Assembly: GCA_977018835.1 (NCBI GenBank)
Contig: OZ361259.1
Location: forward strand, 4,402,001 to 4,466,000
Direction: 5' to 3'
DNA: 64,000 bases
Origin: Minutocellus sp. GHC0000111
Lineage: Eukaryota
In this document: piece after piece, positions 59,513 through 64,000 of the stretch
Layout of the letters: each line of letters opens with the position of its first letter
Position numbering within the stretch: position 1 is the stretch's first letter
The notes under the pieces: model-generated
Database searches by the model: none
Seen by the model: the letters and a program-made list of their open reading frames with translations, nothing else
Told to the model about the DNA's origin: nothing
Position numbers and translations under genes: made by a program

Positions 59513-61225
59513 ATGACGTCCCTCCCTCTCTCATCTCGATCGCCACTGGTACCAAACATTTCAACGTTGGTCGCCGCCTACATTACAGCCGAGCTCATCT
59601 TCTTTTTGACATTTTATCTCTATCTCCTACCACGTGCCAATCGACGAAAATCACCACATTTCGTGGAAGAATATGCCGACTACGGAAAAGCACGATCGAA
59701 GCTATTGGTGCGCATCATCGATCGGATAGAGCAGCACTGCAAACGTGAGGGTACCGAGGTGATACCACGCGTCGAAGAGTTCCTGGGTAATTGGTTCTGC
59801 GTCTGTGGGGATGTGAAGAGTGTCGATAATAACACACCTCTCCAGGGCACATCCTGCAACGACACTGACACCACAAGCACAGAAGAGGTCGAAGACGAAG
59901 ATGAGTGGCAGTCTATTGATAGGTTAGAAACCGACGGCCTGTTGTTGCCGAACGGCAATGCGGCAAAGAGTCGATCAAGTGCCTTTCTTCGACGCGGCGA
60001 TGTGGATATTTTCTTCGCGTGGGCATTCTTTGGCAAGCCTCTGGAATCGTTGCTGGATTGGGAAGAGAGAGAACTCTTTGACATGTATCAGGTGATTGAA
60101 AACCGTATTGGTTTGAGGTTCGACCGACCAGGAACAACACCAGGAATCAAGCCAATGCGACTTACATTAGATGATGTCCGAGCGACATATCGTCCACTGG
60201 CTGTTTATGGAATGTTTTGTGGCCTCGGCATCATCGCTAGAATCACGCTTCGGCATTGTGGGTTTCGACATTACACATCGAAATCGGGCCAAACATACTG
60301 GCACAGACCAGCATTGGATGGAAAAGATAAAGACATTCCCCTTCTATTCAACCATGGAATAGCGCCGGGTGGATTGGCGTTGTATCTTCCCATGGTATTA
60401 TTTGGTTGGGGTCCCCTTGGGAAAGGAAATGCTGATCGAACTTTGCTTTTATTTGAGAATCACCCTATCACTTTCAGGCCTTGCTTTGAGAACGTCAATG
60501 AAGATGCCTATGTCGCCGGTGTTTGCGAAGCAATCGACACGCACCTTGACAAAACTGAAGTGGAACAGGATGGAATTGCAATTATGGGCCATTCCTTTGG
60601 GAGTTGTAACGTGACATGGGCAATGCGGTGCCCCGAAATTCGAATGCGTGCTCTACAAATTTACCTAATCGACCCAGTTTCCGTTATGCTGTCAGAACCT
60701 GACGTGATGACAAACTTCTTGTATGCCGGTAGAGATACATCGAATGTGTCATTTGTGGAGGCATTGCGCCCAATCATTTTGTTTCCTTTTTATTATGTCA
60801 TGGATTTGCTTCGTCCAAGCCACAAGTCGAGAGTGGCCAAGTCCCAAAAGGGCTCCGCACATTTTAGAACATATTCATCCTATTCGGCTGGCAAGGGCCC
60901 AAAGAGTGGTGGTAGCTACAATAAGATCATCATGGTGCAGTCAGAGCTTTGGATTGAACACTATTTGCGACGAAATTTTTCGTGGTATAATTCAGAGCTT
61001 TGGCTTGATGATTTGGATAGGTTGCATCCAGATACTAAAATTGTTATTGCCATTGCCGAGAAAGATGAAATACTTTCTGCAAGCAAGGTACTCGCGGAAG
61101 CGAAGCGATACCAAGCAAAGAACACAAACCTTAAAATTATTCATTGGGCTAATGCGGGACATGCGTACGCTGTTCCTCGGCCGTGGACATGGAAACAACT
61201 TCGGGCTACAATTGAAGGAGCATAA
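59513..61225 (+). CDS. Alpha/beta-hydrolase fold protein with N-terminal TM helix
   Basis: PLLFNHGI, IMGHSFGS nucleophile elbow, LIDPV, AEKDEIL, AGHA. Confidence 0.85.
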   Translation: MTSLPLSSRSPLVPNISTLVAAYITAELIFFLTFYLYLLPRANRRKSPHFVEEYADYGKARSKLLVRIIDRIEQHCKREGTEVIPRVEEFLGNWFCVCGDVKSVDNNTPLQGTSCNDTDTTSTEEVEDEDEWQSIDRLETDGLLLPNGNAAKSRSSAFLRRGDVDIFFAWAFFGKPLESLLDWEERELFDMYQVIENRIGLRFDRPGTTPGIKPMRLTLDDVRATYRPLAVYGMFCGLGIIARITLRHCGFRHYTSKSGQTYWHRPALDGKDKDIPLLFNHGIAPGGLALYLPMVLFGWGPLGKGNADRTLLLFENHPITFRPCFENVNEDAYVAGVCEAIDTHLDKTEVEQDGIAIMGHSFGSCNVTWAMRCPEIRMRALQIYLIDPVSVMLSEPDVMTNFLYAGRDTSNVSFVEALRPIILFPFYYVMDLLRPSHKSRVAKSQKGSAHFRTYSSYSAGKGPKSGGSYNKIIMVQSELWIEHYLRRNFSWYNSELWLDDLDRLHPDTKIVIAIAEKDEILSASKVLAEAKRYQAKNTNLKIIHWANAGHAYAVPRPWTWKQLRATIEGA

Positions 61226-61297
61226 AATTAAACACATCCTAATTATCTCTTACAATCTTTCTTCTTCTGATGCTACTTGTGACAAACTCAATATGTT

Positions 61298-62692
61298 TCA
61301 AGAATACCTATTGAGTACCATCTCATAGAGTTCCTGTTTTCCTGAAGCTTGCTTCGGCTCTCCGTGTTCAATAATGAATGCCTCGCAATCTTCGAGCGTG
61401 AGCGTTCCCTCCTCGATCTTCTTGCCGAACCCATCATCGAACGACGCATAGCGATCCTTCACCATTTTGGACAGAACGCCATCTTCACGAATCTTTACTG
61501 CGTTTCGAAGGCCACGCGCAAAGGTGTCCATTGCTCCAATGTGGCCAATGAACAAATCTTCGTCATCGGTAGATTCGCGGCGGACCTTGCAGTCAAAGTT
61601 CAGGCCTCCAGGGGCTATTCCGCCCTGTTCGATAATGGCTCCCATGACGAGTGTGGCCTTCTTCACATCCATCGAGAATTGGTCCGTATCCCAGCCGACG
61701 AGAGGGTCTCCCGTGTTAGAATCAACCGAACCGAGCATACCAAATTTGGATGCAACAATAATGACGTGCTCGAAATCATGCCCAGCAAGCGTCGTATGGT
61801 TGGGCTCAATATTAAGCTTAAAATCTTCGCTGAGGCCGTAGTGGGAAAGAAATGCCATTGCCGTTTGCGCATCGTAGTCATACTGGTGCTTCGATGGTCC
61901 ACGAGGCTTGGGCTCTATCAGGAATTGAAAGTGGTAGCCCTTTTCAGCCTTGTATTTGACCGCCATTTTGTAGAGAGCGGCAAGATGGTCGAGGTCCCTC
62001 TTGATGTCAACGTTGAGTATGGACTGATAGCCTTCCCGGCCGCCCCAGAAAACAAGGTTTTCCCCACCAAGAGTATGCGTCACATCCATAACCTTCTTCA
62101 CCTGAGATGCCCCATAAGCAAACAAATGGGCGTCAGGATTGGTCGCTGCCCCGTTCATGTTCCGCGGGTTTGAGAACATGTTTTGTGTTGCCCACAAGAG
62201 CTTGACACCGGTGGACTCTTGCAGCGACTTGAGATGACCAACGATCTCATCAAAGACTGCGTTGGTTTCAGCCAACGTCGAGCGTTCGGGCGACACATCA
62301 CGATCGTGAAAGGTATAGTACTCCACGCCGAGCTTGGTGAAGAGTTCAAAGGCCGCGTTGGCACGTGACTTGGCATTCTCGATGCTGTCCGTCTCGTCAT
62401 CCCAGTGACGGCTTTGCGTGTTGAAGCCGAACGGATCAGCACCCTTGCCACGGAAGGTATGCCAAAAGCAAACGGAGAAGCGAAGCCATTCTTTCATGGG
62501 TTTTCCAAGGATTATTTCTTCGGGGTTGTAAAATCGGAAGCTGAGAGGATCGATGCTCTCTGGCCCCTTGTACACGATCTTTGGCATGTTTGGAAAGTAG
62601 GATGAAGGCGGTTGCTGCTTCGGCTTCTTCGTGGCAGGTTCGCCACCATTAGCGGCGTCCTCGGCGCCCTTGGATGTCGGTGCGAAATTCAT
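61298..62692 (-). CDS. xylA: Xylose isomerase (class II)
   Basis: LRFSVCFWHTF..G.DPFG, FHDRD, FWGGREGY, LIEPKP, NIE.NH, WDTDQF, GGLNFD.K.RR.S. Likely ATG at 62692. Confidence 0.95.
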   Translation of the reverse strand: MNFAPTSKGAEDAANGGEPATKKPKQQPPSSYFPNMPKIVYKGPESIDPLSFRFYNPEEIILGKPMKEWLRFSVCFWHTFRGKGADPFGFNTQSRHWDDETDSIENAKSRANAAFELFTKLGVEYYTFHDRDVSPERSTLAETNAVFDEIVGHLKSLQESTGVKLLWATQNMFSNPRNMNGAATNPDAHLFAYGASQVKKVMDVTHTLGGENLVFWGGREGYQSILNVDIKRDLDHLAALYKMAVKYKAEKGYHFQFLIEPKPRGPSKHQYDYDAQTAMAFLSHYGLSEDFKLNIEPNHTTLAGHDFEHVIIVASKFGMLGSVDSNTGDPLVGWDTDQFSMDVKKATLVMGAIIEQGGIAPGGLNFDCKVRRESTDDEDLFIGHIGAMDTFARGLRNAVKIREDGVLSKMVKDRYASFDDGFGKKIEEGTLTLEDCEAFIIEHGEPKQASGKQELYEMVLNRYS

Positions 62693-62913
62693 TTGAGGTT
62701 GCGTTATGCAGGATATCTGGCACCAAGGGAACAATAAGCAAGATGAGAAGCAAGTCAAAGAGATACGGAACGCCAAATCCAAAGATCGTGATGCCCAACT
62801 GGCTGTGGGGTGTCGAAGGACAGACATGAAATTGGCGGGCGGGAGTGAAATCGTTTGACCGAACGGGCGAGTTGGCCTCATTTTTCTGTCGCAACGCATT
62901 GTGGTGTCTATCC

Positions 62914-64000
62914 ATGCCAAACATGAACACGCCCAGCCCACACTACCATCGCCGCGAGGCTTGCTATGTCAGTGTATGGTCGACGCTGCAAGTTCAAAAA
63001 TGCGAAAGAACTACCTCCCTCAACGAAGTTCGTGCTGCACCAATTTTGGCCACCGCCAAAGAACAAATAACATCGCCCGACACCCACCACCGCTTCGAGG
63101 ACATCGTAGGTCACTTCTGGGCTGGAACGGAATATTTCTTTGAAGTCCGTTGGGAAAATGGCGAGGTTACTAGGGAGCCCATGTCAAATCTGAAGCAGGA
63201 TGACCCGCGCTCATTAGCTGAGTATCTCAACCAATCGGGTCTTGCAAAGAGAAGTAAGACATGTAGCTGGGCAAACGGCGACGAATACATGTCTGGATCA
63301 TCATCCGAGGAGGAAGACGAGGAGCTTGAGCCAAAACAAAGGCGTAACCCAAAAGATACCATTATAGAATCGAGAAGCTATGGACTTCGGAGTGGCTCTC
63401 GGAATGGTGGCAATGTAGGCCTACATGTAGACGAGGAGGTAGATGAAGAAGGTCTTACTGAGGAGCAAATTCTGTGCGCAAAACGTAGCAAGAGGCGTGC
63501 AAAGCTGAATGGTTCGCGAGAAGAGCGTCGAGTAAAACGAAAGATCGAAGTGGCGCTCGATCTTGCTTCACAGTGTGCAGAGTTTACCAAGTTGGCTGAC
63601 GAAGAAGGCGTGTTGTTGCACATGCTTGGTCAGCTAGGTAACGACTCGAATATCGGTTCGTTTGAACAGAGCTCTGATGACAAGCTCTTTCGATGCCCTG
63701 TATGCCTAGACCCTTTTGATTCGTTGTTATCTGATTTGCATTTGAAGCGAGATTCTAATCTACCTGTTCGCTCGGCCGTTTGTTCGCACAAATTATGCTG
63801 TTCTTGTTTGACGCACATGCAGCTTGCGAACTCAAGCGGTGCTTCAGTATGCAAGTGGTTGAAATGTCCCGTATGCAAGCAGAACACAGCATTTGACGCG
63901 GTTTCTATGCCCATCGATGTATTTGTTTGCCAGTGCATGGATCGAATTGAAGCAAAGACGTATACTCTCTCGGCTGCCATCTCCCTCTCATCAGACCAAC
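62914..64000 (+). CDS. Chromo-like domain + RING-finger protein (partial, runs off the window)
   Basis: Translated by hand; absent from the ORF track because it has no stop in the window. Reads FEDIVGHFWAGTEYFFEVRWENGEVTREPMSNLKQDDP..LAEY, then CPVCLDPF..CSHKLCCSC..CPVC. Confidence 0.7.
   Translation, partial: MPNMNTPSPHYHRREACYVSVWSTLQVQKCERTTSLNEVRAAPILATAKEQITSPDTHHRFEDIVGHFWAGTEYFFEVRWENGEVTREPMSNLKQDDPRSLAEYLNQSGLAKRSKTCSWANGDEYMSGSSSEEEDEELEPKQRRNPKDTIIESRSYGLRSGSRNGGNVGLHVDEEVDEEGLTEEQILCAKRSKRRAKLNGSREERRVKRKIEVALDLASQCAEFTKLADEEGVLLHMLGQLGNDSNIGSFEQSSDDKLFRCPVCLDPFDSLLSDLHLKRDSNLPVRSAVCSHKLCCSCLTHMQLANSSGASVCKWLKCPVCKQNTAFDAVSMPIDVFVCQCMDRIEAKTYTLSAAISLSSDQ

Noticed and set aside
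56687..64000. Starship-like giant element with the YR as captain and the hydrolase, xylose isomerase and RING genes as cargo
   Set aside because: The inverted motifs close tightly around the YR ORF (to ~59263) and the downstream genes look like ordinary host genes. It cannot be fully excluded without comparative data.

Overview
Gene-dense eukaryotic nuclear DNA, most likely a diatom or other stramenopile. Support: short GT-AG introns, bipartite plastid-targeting presequences of the ASAFAP type, and secreted proteins with RxL sites. Recognisable genes: PEX6 (partial), a secreted SOD-fold protein with a Lys/Ser tail, a PAQR/HlyIII-like protein, an FSH1-RWD-Obg GTPase fusion, inositol monophosphatase, two ASF1 paralogues, SGT1, a RIO kinase with RIOK3-like features, SDF2, a GH16 glucanase, ETF-QO, a Dad1-like DASH subunit, RRP5, RPL7, a bZIP factor, two RING proteins, a PAM2 protein, an alpha/beta hydrolase and xylose isomerase. 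The most unusual part is 49.8-59.3 kb. It holds (i) an apparently intact ~2.8 kb element encoding only a tyrosine recombinase, bracketed by nested imperfect inverted repeats (Crypton-like); (ii) a decayed DDE transposase whose substitutions look like TpA->CpA/TpG changes while CpGs are retained, the reverse direction of fungal RIP; and (iii) a TA-flanked TIR element containing an internal fold-back. A hAT-like MITE with an 8-bp TSD lies at 4.9-5.2 kb, and clusters of TA-bounded palindromes recur between genes. Several genes have frame breaks that may be assembly errors. All family assignments are from motif recognition by eye; no searches were run.
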